From positions 65,018 to 129,017 of the forward strand of contig JAUYKS010000002.1 in NCBI GenBank assembly GCA_030699935.1: a DNA stretch of 64,000 bases. Direction: 5' to 3'. The notes beneath the pieces were generated by a model. It did not search any database. It worked only from the letters and a program-made list of their open reading frames with translations, and was not told where the DNA came from. Source of the DNA: a bacterium (GTDB lineage: Bacteria; Patescibacteriota; SICC01). Of the stretch, positions 1 to 8,244 are shown piece after piece. Positions within the stretch are counted from its first letter, which is position 1. The number at the start of each line of letters is the position of its first letter. Made by a program: the position numbers and the translations under genes.

Positions 1-5
1 CGGTT

Positions 6-1046
6 TTGTTCGACGAGCTGCAGCTCGCCAAAGGTACGCGGACGCAGAGCGGCGCGCACGCCTCCACCGCCGCCGGCAAGATCGAGAAGTTGCGGGACGC
101 GCACCCGATCGTGCCGCTGATCCTCGAGCACCGCGAACTGTCCAAGCTTAAAGGCACCTACCTCGACGCGCTCCCGAACCTAGTCCGGAAGGACACCGGC
201 CGGCTGCACACTTCCTTCAACCAGACGGTGGCGGCGACGGGCCGGCTCAGTTCGTCGGATCCCAACCTCCAGAACATCCCGGTCCGCACCGAGGTCGGCC
301 GCGAGATCCGCAAAGCCTTCGTCGCCGGCCGCGGCTGCAAGCTGATCTCGGCGGATTATTCCCAGTTCGAGCTGCGGATTGCCGCGCACATCTCCGGGGA
401 TGCGAAACTCTCGGAGCAGTTCCGCGAAGGCAAGGACATCCATACCGCGACCGCGGCGGCGGTCGCCGGCGTCGCCGAGGCGGACGTCACGCCGGAGCAG
501 CGCTACGCCGCCAAGGCGGTGAACTTCTCGATCCTCTACGGCGCGACGCCGCACGGTGTGGCCCGCAGCACCGGCATGCCGGTCACCGAGGCCAAGGAAT
601 ACATCGACCGCTACTTCCGGACGTACCCCAAGATCCGCGACTACATGGACGAGATGATCGCCAAGGTCCGGACGGACGGTTACGTTGAGACGCTCTTCGG
701 CCGCCGCCGCTATCTGCCCGAGATTAATTCCAGTTCGCATCCGATCCGCGAGTCGGCCAAGCGGATGGCGATCAACATGCCGATCCAGGGCACGCAGGCC
801 GACATCCTCAAGCTGGCGATGATCCAGGTCGACGCCGGCCTGGCGAAGGTTTCGAAGGATGCCCACCTCTTGCTCACGGTCCACGACGAACTCGTCCTGG
901 AGGCGCCGACCAAGGACATCCCGAAGGTCGCGAAGTTCGTGGTGGAGACGATGCGCGGCGCCTACGCGCTCGACGTCCCGATCGAAGTCGAAGCGAAGGT
1001 CGGACCGAACTGGGGCGAACTGCAGCCGACCGGCGGCCCCGCTTGA
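6..1046 (+). CDS. polA: DNA polymerase I, C-terminal polymerase domain (5'-truncated by window edge)
   Basis: Conserved Pol A family motifs (…DPNLQNIPVRT…, …RRAAKAVNFSILYG…, …VHDELVLE…); the ORF runs from the window start. Confidence 0.9.
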   Translation: MFDELQLAKGTRTQSGAHASTAAGKIEKLRDAHPIVPLILEHRELSKLKGTYLDALPNLVRKDTGRLHTSFNQTVAATGRLSSSDPNLQNIPVRTEVGREIRKAFVAGRGCKLISADYSQFELRIAAHISGDAKLSEQFREGKDIHTATAAAVAGVAEADVTPEQRYAAKAVNFSILYGATPHGVARSTGMPVTEAKEYIDRYFRTYPKIRDYMDEMIAKVRTDGYVETLFGRRRYLPEINSSSHPIRESAKRMAINMPIQGTQADILKLAMIQVDAGLAKVSKDAHLLLTVHDELVLEAPTKDIPKVAKFVVETMRGAYALDVPIEVEAKVGPNWGELQPTGGPA

Positions 1047-1092
1047 TTGAGCGGAGGCTGCATTGTAAGTAGACTGGAAAGTTACTTCCTAA

Positions 1093-3126
1093 ATGCGCAT
1101 GCAAGAAGAATCACCCGACACAACTTTGGCAGACGAGGAAAACGCTGACCTCACTGGTGCAGCTGACTTCACGAGCGAAGAAGCGTCCGAAGATGAAGCT
1201 GACATTGAAGATGCGTTGGCGGAACTAGAGTCCGTCCTCAAGGAAAGACCGGCGGACTCGAACGGCAGCGGGGAGCTGACGGAGGGCGTGGCGGTCGTGT
1301 TCGATTCGGCTGACGAAGAACCGGAGCCCTCGCCCGAAGTGAGCCGGGAAGAGGGAATCCGGTCGAAAGTGTCGGAGCTGCTGCAAATCGCCGCGGAACG
1401 ATGCTCCACTACGACGAAGGACATGCGCGGACGCGGGCGCTCGATCCAGGCGGTCAGGGCCCGATGGGCCGCGGGACAGGCGCTTCGGCAAGCCGGTGTG
1501 CCGATAACGACGATCCGTGAAGCCCTCGACCGCGGTTCCGAAACCTCGACTTACCAGATGCTAAGGACGACTCGTCCGGATGCCATATCCGACTTACGGG
1601 CGATCCGCGAACGATTCGGGGATTGGACCTATCCCGAAGCGCCCGAAGCGCCCAAAGTGCCGGAATCGTTCGACCGGACGGCGGCGGAGCGGCTGGTCGT
1701 CGCGACCTTGAACTATTTCGGTACCGATCAAGCCGAACTTTCCAAGGTTCGGGGAAACAAGGCCGGCATGGATGCGCGCTGGGTCTCCGCGCAATTGTTG
1801 CGACATCTGAAAATACCGAAGATGGGCGTCAGGGACTTGCTGCACCGTCCGTCGATACAGTCCGTCTACTGTTTGTCTAACCGCCGGGCTCCGGAACTGC
1901 ACGGAGCGGTGGAGGAAATCTGGGAAGGCTTCCAGAACGGCGAGGACTTTTCTGAACGGGCCCGGCGTATCGCCGAAGCCCGGGCGGCGGCGGCGCGGCC
2001 GGAGCCGGAACCGGAAGAACCCCCGGCGCTTTCCGGCGAGGAAATCGACCGTCTGATCCTGACCGCGGCCAACTACGTCGGTGTCCGTCCGGAGCAAGTG
2101 ATCGACTCCCGAAAGAGCCGCCCGGAGGCGGTGCTGGCCCGAATCATCGTCCTGACGCTATTGGAAGAGGAACTCGGTATGCGGCGGAAGCATGTCGCCA
2201 AGCACTTCAACCGGGCGGCGGCATCCGTAACGTCCACGCTCCGCAACGACAACATCCGTCATTTGCTGCTCAACAACCAACGCGCGCGGATCGATATCCT
2301 CAAGGCGTTCAAGGCGGGAGATACGTTTGAGGAACGTGGCGAGGAGCTCTTGCGGGAACAGCGGGAGAAGGCGCGGAAGGAAGGCAAAGAACCTCCCTAT
2401 AGCCGCGAAGTCCCGGCGGAGGAGCGAGAGCTGTTCGAGCGGTTCAGCGAGGGGAAAGAAGACGCCGTGAAGACGGTCGAAGACGCGTACCTGCAGCCGG
2501 TGCAAGACGCGATGCGGAAACGTCTGGAGGGCTCCGCGATCGGTTTGCCGGAACGGAAGCCCCTGGAGGTCTTACACCTGACCGCCCGTAACTTCGCGCC
2601 CGTGGCCGAACGGCACCGGAACTTCAAGGAATGGGTATTGCGGGTCGCCCGTCAGGAAGCCGAGGAGATGCTCGAGACGGAACGGCAGAAGAAGAAGATG
2701 CGAGAGGTCGACACGCGGCGCTATTTCACGGAGACCTACGAAGCGTACCGATCGGGAAACGTCCGTGCCTCCATGGGGCGGGCCATCGACTTTAATAAGG
2801 AGGACGGCAAGCGGGTCATGGATACGGCTAAGTCGGTCTACGCTGCTGCCGCCGAAGCGGCCAAAAAGAAGCTGCCGATCCCGTACTATGAGTTCCAGCG
2901 CCAGATCAAGCTCCTCAACAAGACCAGCGTGATCCTGCAGGACCCCGAGAGAGCCAAGGGGAAGATCCCGGCTGAGTCCCTGGCCAGGCAGGTCACCCTG
3001 GGCGAATTCGAGGGTGAGAAACTGGAGGAGCTGCTCGGATTGTTGCTCGAATCGGTCGTCCGGGACGCCGGCCTCAAGCTGGGGACGAAGCCCGGGCCGA
3101 CGCGGAAGCCGAAAGTGCATATCTGA
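1093..3126 (+). CDS. Acidic hypothetical protein with three tandem DnaA C-terminal (domain IV)-like HTH repeats
   Basis: 677 aa with an extremely D/E-rich N-terminus. Three segments (approx aa 95-165, 205-275, 325-395) fit the DnaA_C pattern (…SR…aR…amyL…S…IG…HsTV…) but are divergent. Confidence 0.6.
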   Translation: MRMQEESPDTTLADEENADLTGAADFTSEEASEDEADIEDALAELESVLKERPADSNGSGELTEGVAVVFDSADEEPEPSPEVSREEGIRSKVSELLQIAAERCSTTTKDMRGRGRSIQAVRARWAAGQALRQAGVPITTIREALDRGSETSTYQMLRTTRPDAISDLRAIRERFGDWTYPEAPEAPKVPESFDRTAAERLVVATLNYFGTDQAELSKVRGNKAGMDARWVSAQLLRHLKIPKMGVRDLLHRPSIQSVYCLSNRRAPELHGAVEEIWEGFQNGEDFSERARRIAEARAAAARPEPEPEEPPALSGEEIDRLILTAANYVGVRPEQVIDSRKSRPEAVLARIIVLTLLEEELGMRRKHVAKHFNRAAASVTSTLRNDNIRHLLLNNQRARIDILKAFKAGDTFEERGEELLREQREKARKEGKEPPYSREVPAEERELFERFSEGKEDAVKTVEDAYLQPVQDAMRKRLEGSAIGLPERKPLEVLHLTARNFAPVAERHRNFKEWVLRVARQEAEEMLETERQKKKMREVDTRRYFTETYEAYRSGNVRASMGRAIDFNKEDGKRVMDTAKSVYAAAAEAAKKKLPIPYYEFQRQIKLLNKTSVILQDPERAKGKIPAESLARQVTLGEFEGEKLEELLGLLLESVVRDAGLKLGTKPGPTRKPKVHI

Positions 3127-3132
3127 CCCGCC

Positions 3133-3189
3133 ATACTAACGTCGTGCGAAAAGGACATTCTCGCAAGCACGCCGACCCCCTGATGCCGG
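3133..3189 (+). repeat. Direct repeat copy 1: degenerate duplicate of the 5' end of the PHP-domain gene (pseudo-start fragment)
   Basis: ~48/57 nt identical to 4588-4644. In frame it translates VRKGHSRKHADPLMP…, a degenerate copy of the PHP protein's first 15 residues (of 4599-5447), then hits a stop. Confidence 0.8.
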
Positions 3190-3288
3190 TTGTCGTCGAA
3201 ACTAAAGTGGGAGACAATTAGGGTGAATTGAAACAGACAAAATAAATGACAAAGCGCTTGACACTACTGATAGAAACAACATGACAGG

Positions 3289-3307
3289 GGGCCGGCAGGC
3301 CCTTTTT
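3289..3307 (+). terminator. Small GC hairpin + T5 (ggggcc-ggca-ggccc-ttttt), candidate intrinsic terminator inside the AT-rich inserted segment
   Basis: Hairpin followed by a TTTTT run, seen directly in the sequence. Confidence 0.4.
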
Positions 3308-3361
3308 ACGTACAAAAAAGCAACCAACCCCTAAAGACCGGACACTAAACATGAAAACGAC

Positions 3362-4549
3362 ATGAGCGAAGAAACGATAACCGCCACCGACCTGGCTGCA
3401 GAGTTGGGCATCGAAGCTGAGCTCAGGGGCGATGCGGGTATCGACCCGGACGTCGAGGTTGATGTCGACGAGGGCACCGATCCGGACATAATCGAGAGAT
3501 ACGAATCCGACCTCGCGATGTTGCCCGAGGTCGAGGATCGGGAAACAAGCATTACGTTGCCGAGCGAACGGACCGACGACGAAATCTTCGCCGGCCAAGA
3601 CGTGTATGCTTTCCCGGTCGTGTCCGCCGACGGCACCCACAAACTGATTCGCGGTACGGTCAGGGATGTAACCCTGTACGACTTTGAACACAGCAGCCCG
3701 GGCTTCGCGAGTCTCATGTTCAGGGAGCCTCCGTACCGGTATACCGGAGTCGACCTGAATCACAGCTCCCTGATCCCGGCCGTGGCCATGGATGCGTTCA
3801 AGCGGGATCCTGATCTTCTTGAACGATGGCTGCAAGACGGGACTCCGGAAGACCTGCGTGAGGTCGACGAGTTGCGCGATTCGATAGAGGCGGCCCTGGA
3901 GTTTCACGTCACTGACTCCGAAGCGTTCGAACCCATTCCAGTGCCGGAGGAGACGTCGAAGCCGAAACGAACCGGGGTTCGGAAGCGTTCCGTCGAGTAC
4001 GAGATCGCCGCGCTGAAAGACGAATACCTGGAGCGGGCCTGGCGCGACTCCCTGTATGCCATGTCCAAGAAAGAAGAACGGGCATTGCTGGCCGCGGTCC
4101 AGACCGGTGACAGAGGAGCTTTCGATCAGGTCTTCGAGGGGCACCTCGGCCTGGTCGCCTTTTTCGTCGAGCAACAGAACGCCAACGGTACCTCCCAGGA
4201 ACTGATGCGTCGCGGGTCGGAAATCCTGCGGGAAACCATCCACGGATTCCAAGCCGTCAACGGGAACCGCTTGGCCGATGCCGTTTGCGAGAGTCTCGAT
4301 GCGCGGTTGACGGCCGACCTGTTCGAACAACTGGATGAGCGTAAGGAAAAGGCGAGCGAGGCACGTGAAAAGTTCCGGGGCGTAGTGCAGTTGGATCCTC
4401 AGGAAAAGCCCGCCCGCGCCGCGAAGCCTGCCGCCGAGAGTTCTCCTACTTTTTGCGATATTGATGAAGATCTCGATGAAGCCTGTGCGGTGGCCTGGGC
4501 CGGAGTCCATCGGTCCCTGGCCGAAGCTAGTAATCCGTACATGGACTGA
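3362..4549 (+). CDS. Acidic hypothetical protein with a sigma-70 region-2-like segment
   Basis: 395 aa, D/E-rich N-terminus. Segment …EERALLAAVQTGDRGAFDQVFEGHLGLVAFFVEQQ…SQELMRRGSEILRETIHGF… resembles sigma-70 regions 1.2/2.1-2.2. No recognisable region 4. Preceded by a ~170-bp AT-rich stretch. Confidence 0.55.
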   Translation: MSEETITATDLAAELGIEAELRGDAGIDPDVEVDVDEGTDPDIIERYESDLAMLPEVEDRETSITLPSERTDDEIFAGQDVYAFPVVSADGTHKLIRGTVRDVTLYDFEHSSPGFASLMFREPPYRYTGVDLNHSSLIPAVAMDAFKRDPDLLERWLQDGTPEDLREVDELRDSIEAALEFHVTDSEAFEPIPVPEETSKPKRTGVRKRSVEYEIAALKDEYLERAWRDSLYAMSKKEERALLAAVQTGDRGAFDQVFEGHLGLVAFFVEQQNANGTSQELMRRGSEILRETIHGFQAVNGNRLADAVCESLDARLTADLFEQLDERKEKASEAREKFRGVVQLDPQEKPARAAKPAAESSPTFCDIDEDLDEACAVAWAGVHRSLAEASNPYMD

Positions 4550-4587
4550 CGCGCCGAGCGGGAATCGGATGAGTTAGCCGCAGAGGT

Positions 4588-4644
4588 ATACTAACGTCGT
4601 GCGAAAAAGACACTCCCGGACTCATGCCGACCCCCTGATGCCGG
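4588..4644 (+). repeat. Direct repeat copy 2 (native 5' end and start of the PHP-domain gene)
   Basis: Matches 3133-3189 and contains the GTG start at 4599. Confidence 0.8.
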
Positions 4645-5447
4645 ACGCCGGCAAGGCGGACCTGCACATGCATACCACCGCGTCCGACGGCAACGCTTCC
4701 CCGAAGCGCCTGCTGGACCATGTCGAGCAGCGGACCGACTTGGACGTGATCGCGATCACCGACCATGACACGATGGACGGCGCCCTGGAAGCCAAACGGA
4801 TCCACGAGGCCGGCGACTACCGGTTCGACCTGATCCTCGGCCAGGAGGTCACTTCGACCGCCGGCCACATCCTGGGACTTTTCATCGAGAAGCCGGTTCC
4901 CAAGGAACGCTCCGCGGAAGAGACGATCCGCCTGATCCACAAGCAAGGCGGCCTGGCGATCGCCGCGCACCCGATGCTGGTGATGCGGTACACCGATCCG
5001 GACATGCTGACGGCCGACGGCGTCGGTGCCGACGTACTGCTCGGTGAGCAGTTCGACGGCGTCGAGATCGTAAACGGCAGTCCGACCCTGGGGAACGAGA
5101 ACGCGCGGGCCCGGCTGCTCAACCGCACCATATTGTTCCGGGCGGAAACCGGCGGGTCGGACGCGCACATCCTCGACGCGATCGGCAAAGGGTACACGCT
5201 GTTTCCCGGCCGGACCGCCGCGGACCTGCGCCGGGCGGTCGAGCAGAAGACGACGGAAGCGGTGAGCACCAAGTACCGCATCCGCGAACTGCTTCGCTAC
5301 GGTCGTTTCTTCATGAAGATGAAGTTCCGTGAGACCGGCAAACGGATGTTCGCCCTGTTCGGCCAAGGGCGGCGCAAGGAACGGGCCAGGGCTTCGGCTT
5401 CGGCGGATCCGGCATTGCGCGCGCCAAGAAAAAAGGCGGCGCGATGA
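4599..5447 (+). CDS. PHP-domain metal-dependent phosphoesterase
   Basis: …DLHMHTTASDG…ITDHDT… PHP motifs, 282 aa, K/R-rich C-terminus. Confidence 0.75.
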   Translation: MRKRHSRTHADPLMPDAGKADLHMHTTASDGNASPKRLLDHVEQRTDLDVIAITDHDTMDGALEAKRIHEAGDYRFDLILGQEVTSTAGHILGLFIEKPVPKERSAEETIRLIHKQGGLAIAAHPMLVMRYTDPDMLTADGVGADVLLGEQFDGVEIVNGSPTLGNENARARLLNRTILFRAETGGSDAHILDAIGKGYTLFPGRTAADLRRAVEQKTTEAVSTKYRIRELLRYGRFFMKMKFRETGKRMFALFGQGRRKERARASASADPALRAPRKKAAR

Positions 5448-5878
5448 GCAAGAAGGACGCCAAGAAGCTCGGCGGCACCAAGGCGCTTTGGCTGGTGACG
5501 GCCGGACTGGGGCTGCTTTTCCTGGCGGTCTGGGCTGCCGACAGCGGTGGCCAAGTCATTCCGCGCCAGACCCCGCAACCGGCCGCGGCGGAAGCCACGC
5601 CGGACCAAAGCGAACAGCAGCGCGCCAACCTGAACGATCTCGCGATCAGCGACGCGCAAGGAAGGGTCGACTCCCGGGCCCGGGTCCGGGTGAAGTCGGC
5701 CGACATCCGTAGCTTCAAAGGCGCGGACTTGCGGGAGACGGGTCCGGGAGATCCGTCGGCGCAACTCGGCACGGTGATCGTGCTGGTGGCCACGGTCGAC
5801 GGCACGCCGGTATCTGAACTGACCTACCACGCCGTGGCGCCGGACCGCGTCGTGTTCGTCAAACAGGAAACGCCGTAG
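5444..5878 (+). CDS. Hypothetical membrane-anchored protein
   Basis: N-terminal TM helix (ALWLVTAGLGLLFLAVWAA). ATGA overlap with the upstream gene. Confidence 0.45.
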   Translation: MSKKDAKKLGGTKALWLVTAGLGLLFLAVWAADSGGQVIPRQTPQPAAAEATPDQSEQQRANLNDLAISDAQGRVDSRARVRVKSADIRSFKGADLRETGPGDPSAQLGTVIVLVATVDGTPVSELTYHAVAPDRVVFVKQETP

Positions 5879-5915
5879 CTCCTAGCCACTCGCTACTCGC
5901 TATAAGCTAGTACAT

Positions 5916-6845
5916 ATGCCCGAACTGCCGGAAGTAGAGACCATCCGCCGGGGACTGGACGAAGTCCTGCCCGGCAAGCGCGTGCGGAGCTTTTCCGTGA
6001 CCGTGCCCAAGATGTTCACGGCGATCAAGCCGGCCAAGCGCAAGGACCTGTTCGGGCCGCGGATTACCGGCGTGGACCGGCAGGGCAAGGCGCTGCTGAT
6101 CCGACTTGGCCGCGGCGACGCGCCGTCCGGCCGCACGGTGGTGATCCACCTCAAGATGACCGGGCAGCTGATCTTCCGCGACGCGCCGTCCGGCGGGGCC
6201 AAGGGGAGGATCGTGCTGGCGGGTGGCCATCCGATTCCCACCATCGACAACGGCCATCCGGACGGCATGGACCTGCCCGGCAAGGTGACGCATGCCACGT
6301 TCACCTTCACCGACGGGAGCCGGCTGTTCTATAACGACCTGCGGAAGTTCGGCTACCTCAAGTTGGTGCCGACGACCGCCGTCAACGAACTGACCTTCAT
6401 CAATTCGCTGGGGCCGGATCCGCTGGAGCGGTCGTTCTCACAGGCGGCATTCGACGCGTTGCTGCGCCGCCGCCCGGGGGCCAAGCTCAAGCCGCTGCTG
6501 CTGGACCAGACGGTGATCGCCGGACTCGGGAACATCTACGTCGACGAATCGCTCAACCTGGCGCGGCTGCATCCGTTGCGCACGGCGGGTTCGCTGACCA
6601 AGGCCCAGCGGACGGCCCTGCACCTCGCGATTAAGAAGGTGCTGCGCGCCGCACTGCGAGCCGGCGGTACGTCGGACAACACCTACGTGACCATCCGCGG
6701 TGAACGCGGCGACTATCTGCGCCGCGCCCGGGTGTATCATCGGGTCGGAGAGCCGTGCCGGCGCTGCGGCACGCCCATCGAACGCATCGTCGTAGTCGGC
6801 CGGGGGACGCACCTCTGTCCGCGCTGCCAACGTCCGCCTCGTTAA
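5916..6845 (+). CDS. mutM: Formamidopyrimidine-DNA glycosylase
   Basis: N-terminal MPELPEVE with catalytic Pro2/Glu3, H2TH region, C-terminal zinc finger CRRCG…CPRCQ. Confidence 0.9.
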   Translation: MPELPEVETIRRGLDEVLPGKRVRSFSVTVPKMFTAIKPAKRKDLFGPRITGVDRQGKALLIRLGRGDAPSGRTVVIHLKMTGQLIFRDAPSGGAKGRIVLAGGHPIPTIDNGHPDGMDLPGKVTHATFTFTDGSRLFYNDLRKFGYLKLVPTTAVNELTFINSLGPDPLERSFSQAAFDALLRRRPGAKLKPLLLDQTVIAGLGNIYVDESLNLARLHPLRTAGSLTKAQRTALHLAIKKVLRAALRAGGTSDNTYVTIRGERGDYLRRARVYHRVGEPCRRCGTPIERIVVVGRGTHLCPRCQRPPR

Positions 6846-6867
6846 CCCAAACGCTAATCCAATAACC

Positions 6868-7803
6868 ATGATCCTCGTCATCCACGGACCAGAAACGTAC
6901 TTAGTGCACCGCAAGCTCCGGCAAGCGTTCGACAAGGCGCGGGCCGCGGGCACTGTCGGCGTGACCGAATTGGACGCCGGCGACACCGACCTCAAGAAAG
7001 CCGGCGACGCGTTGCGAGGCGGTTCGTTGTTCGATGAGAAGGCGGTCGTGGTGTTCCGGAACTGGTTCATGGAGAAACCGGCGGACGACTCGAACAAGCT
7101 GGCCGAGTTGCTCGAGGCGGCTCCCAAGGAAACGGTCGTGATCGTCGCCGAGTCCGGCGAGGTTGACAAGCGCCGAAAGTCGTTCGCCAAGCTGGCGAAG
7201 CAGGCCGACAAGTCCTGGCACTTCCCGACTTTCGACGAACCGGCCGCCGCCGCCTGGCTGGTGAAACGGGCCGAGGAAGCTGGATCGAAGCTCTCGCCGG
7301 CGCTGGCCCGGAACATCGTATCCGCGCTCGGCACGGACGGCTGGATGCTGGCGACCGAAATCGACAAGCTGGTCGCGGCGAGCGACGGTGAAGTCACCGA
7401 GTCGCTGGTGGCCAACCTGACCGGCTCCAACCGCGTCTCCACGATCTGGGAGCTGGTGGACGCGGTTGCCGCCAAGGACTTCCGGAAGGCGCAGACGGCG
7501 CTGCGCAGCCTGCTGCAATCCGGCGAGCCGCCACAACGGATCTTCGCGATGGTCGTCCGGCAATACCGGATCCTGCTCGGCGTGCAGGCGGCCGAGGGCC
7601 AACCGGACGCTGCGGTCGCCAAACAGCTCGGCGTCCACCCGTATTCGGTGAAACAGGCGCGGCGGCAAATCTCCCGCTTTTCCCCGGACGAACTGCGCCG
7701 CATTTACGACGAACTGGCCGAGTTGGACGTTGCCGGAAAATCCGGCAAGCGCGACCCCGAACAGGCGCTCGAACTGTTCGTCGCGGAGCGGACCGTCGCG
7801 TAA
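6868..7803 (+). CDS. holA: DNA polymerase III delta subunit
   Basis: HolA-like N-terminus (ILVIHGPETYL…) and C-terminal domain pattern (…IFAMVVRQYRILLGV…LGVHPYSVKQARRQ…). 311 aa. Confidence 0.7.
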   Translation: MILVIHGPETYLVHRKLRQAFDKARAAGTVGVTELDAGDTDLKKAGDALRGGSLFDEKAVVVFRNWFMEKPADDSNKLAELLEAAPKETVVIVAESGEVDKRRKSFAKLAKQADKSWHFPTFDEPAAAAWLVKRAEEAGSKLSPALARNIVSALGTDGWMLATEIDKLVAASDGEVTESLVANLTGSNRVSTIWELVDAVAAKDFRKAQTALRSLLQSGEPPQRIFAMVVRQYRILLGVQAAEGQPDAAVAKQLGVHPYSVKQARRQISRFSPDELRRIYDELAELDVAGKSGKRDPEQALELFVAERTVA

Positions 7804-7806
7804 GCC

Positions 7807-8181
7807 TTACGAGACTTTTTTCGTCGCCGTCTTCTTGGCGGCGGGCTTCTTAACCGCCGTTTTGGCGGCCGGTTTCTTCGAAGCAGCCTTCGCCGCCGGT
7901 TGGGCCGCAGCCGGTTTCGTCTTCGCCCGCTTCAACACGTCGACGACCCGCGACTTGTACCGGGCCGCGGTCCGCGGGTGGATCGCCCGCACTTTGGCCG
8001 CCTTGTCGAGATACTTCTGCGCGGCCGGCAGCGCCTTGGCAGCCTCTTCGGCCTTGCCGGCGGCGGCCAGCGTACGCACCTGCTTGAGCGCCGTCCGGGC
8101 GCGGGAACGGTGAAGCGTGTTTTTCTCCGCCTGCCGGGCGGCGACCTTCACGCGTTTCTTGGCTGATTTGATCTGAGGCAT
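7807..8181 (-). CDS. rpsT: 30S ribosomal protein S20 with Ala/Lys-rich C-terminal extension
   Basis: MPQIKSAKKRVKVAARQAEKN… is a canonical S20 start. ~40-aa AK-rich tail. Confidence 0.9.
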   Translation of the reverse strand: MPQIKSAKKRVKVAARQAEKNTLHRSRARTALKQVRTLAAAGKAEEAAKALPAAQKYLDKAAKVRAIHPRTAARYKSRVVDVLKRAKTKPAAAQPAAKAASKKPAAKTAVKKPAAKKTATKKVS

Positions 8182-8244
8182 ACCCGAATAGCATACATGA
8201 CAACCCGCCCAGTCATCGAGGGCAGCCGGGGCATTGAACTGTCG

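Noticed and set aside
1043-1071. Possible promoter TTGATT-N17-TAAGTA upstream of the tri-DnaA_C gene
   Set aside because: The -10 lacks the invariant final T and overlaps the polA stop; too weak to call.
3218-4510. 430-aa ORF on the minus strand, antisense to the 395-aa acidic protein gene
   Set aside because: A high-GC antisense artefact: Arg/Gly/Leu-rich with no motifs. The sense ORF has a better codon-usage-like composition and a recognisable domain.
6438-7703. 421-aa and 255-aa ORFs on the minus strand
   Set aside because: Antisense to mutM and holA; low-complexity Ala/Ser/Arg composition.
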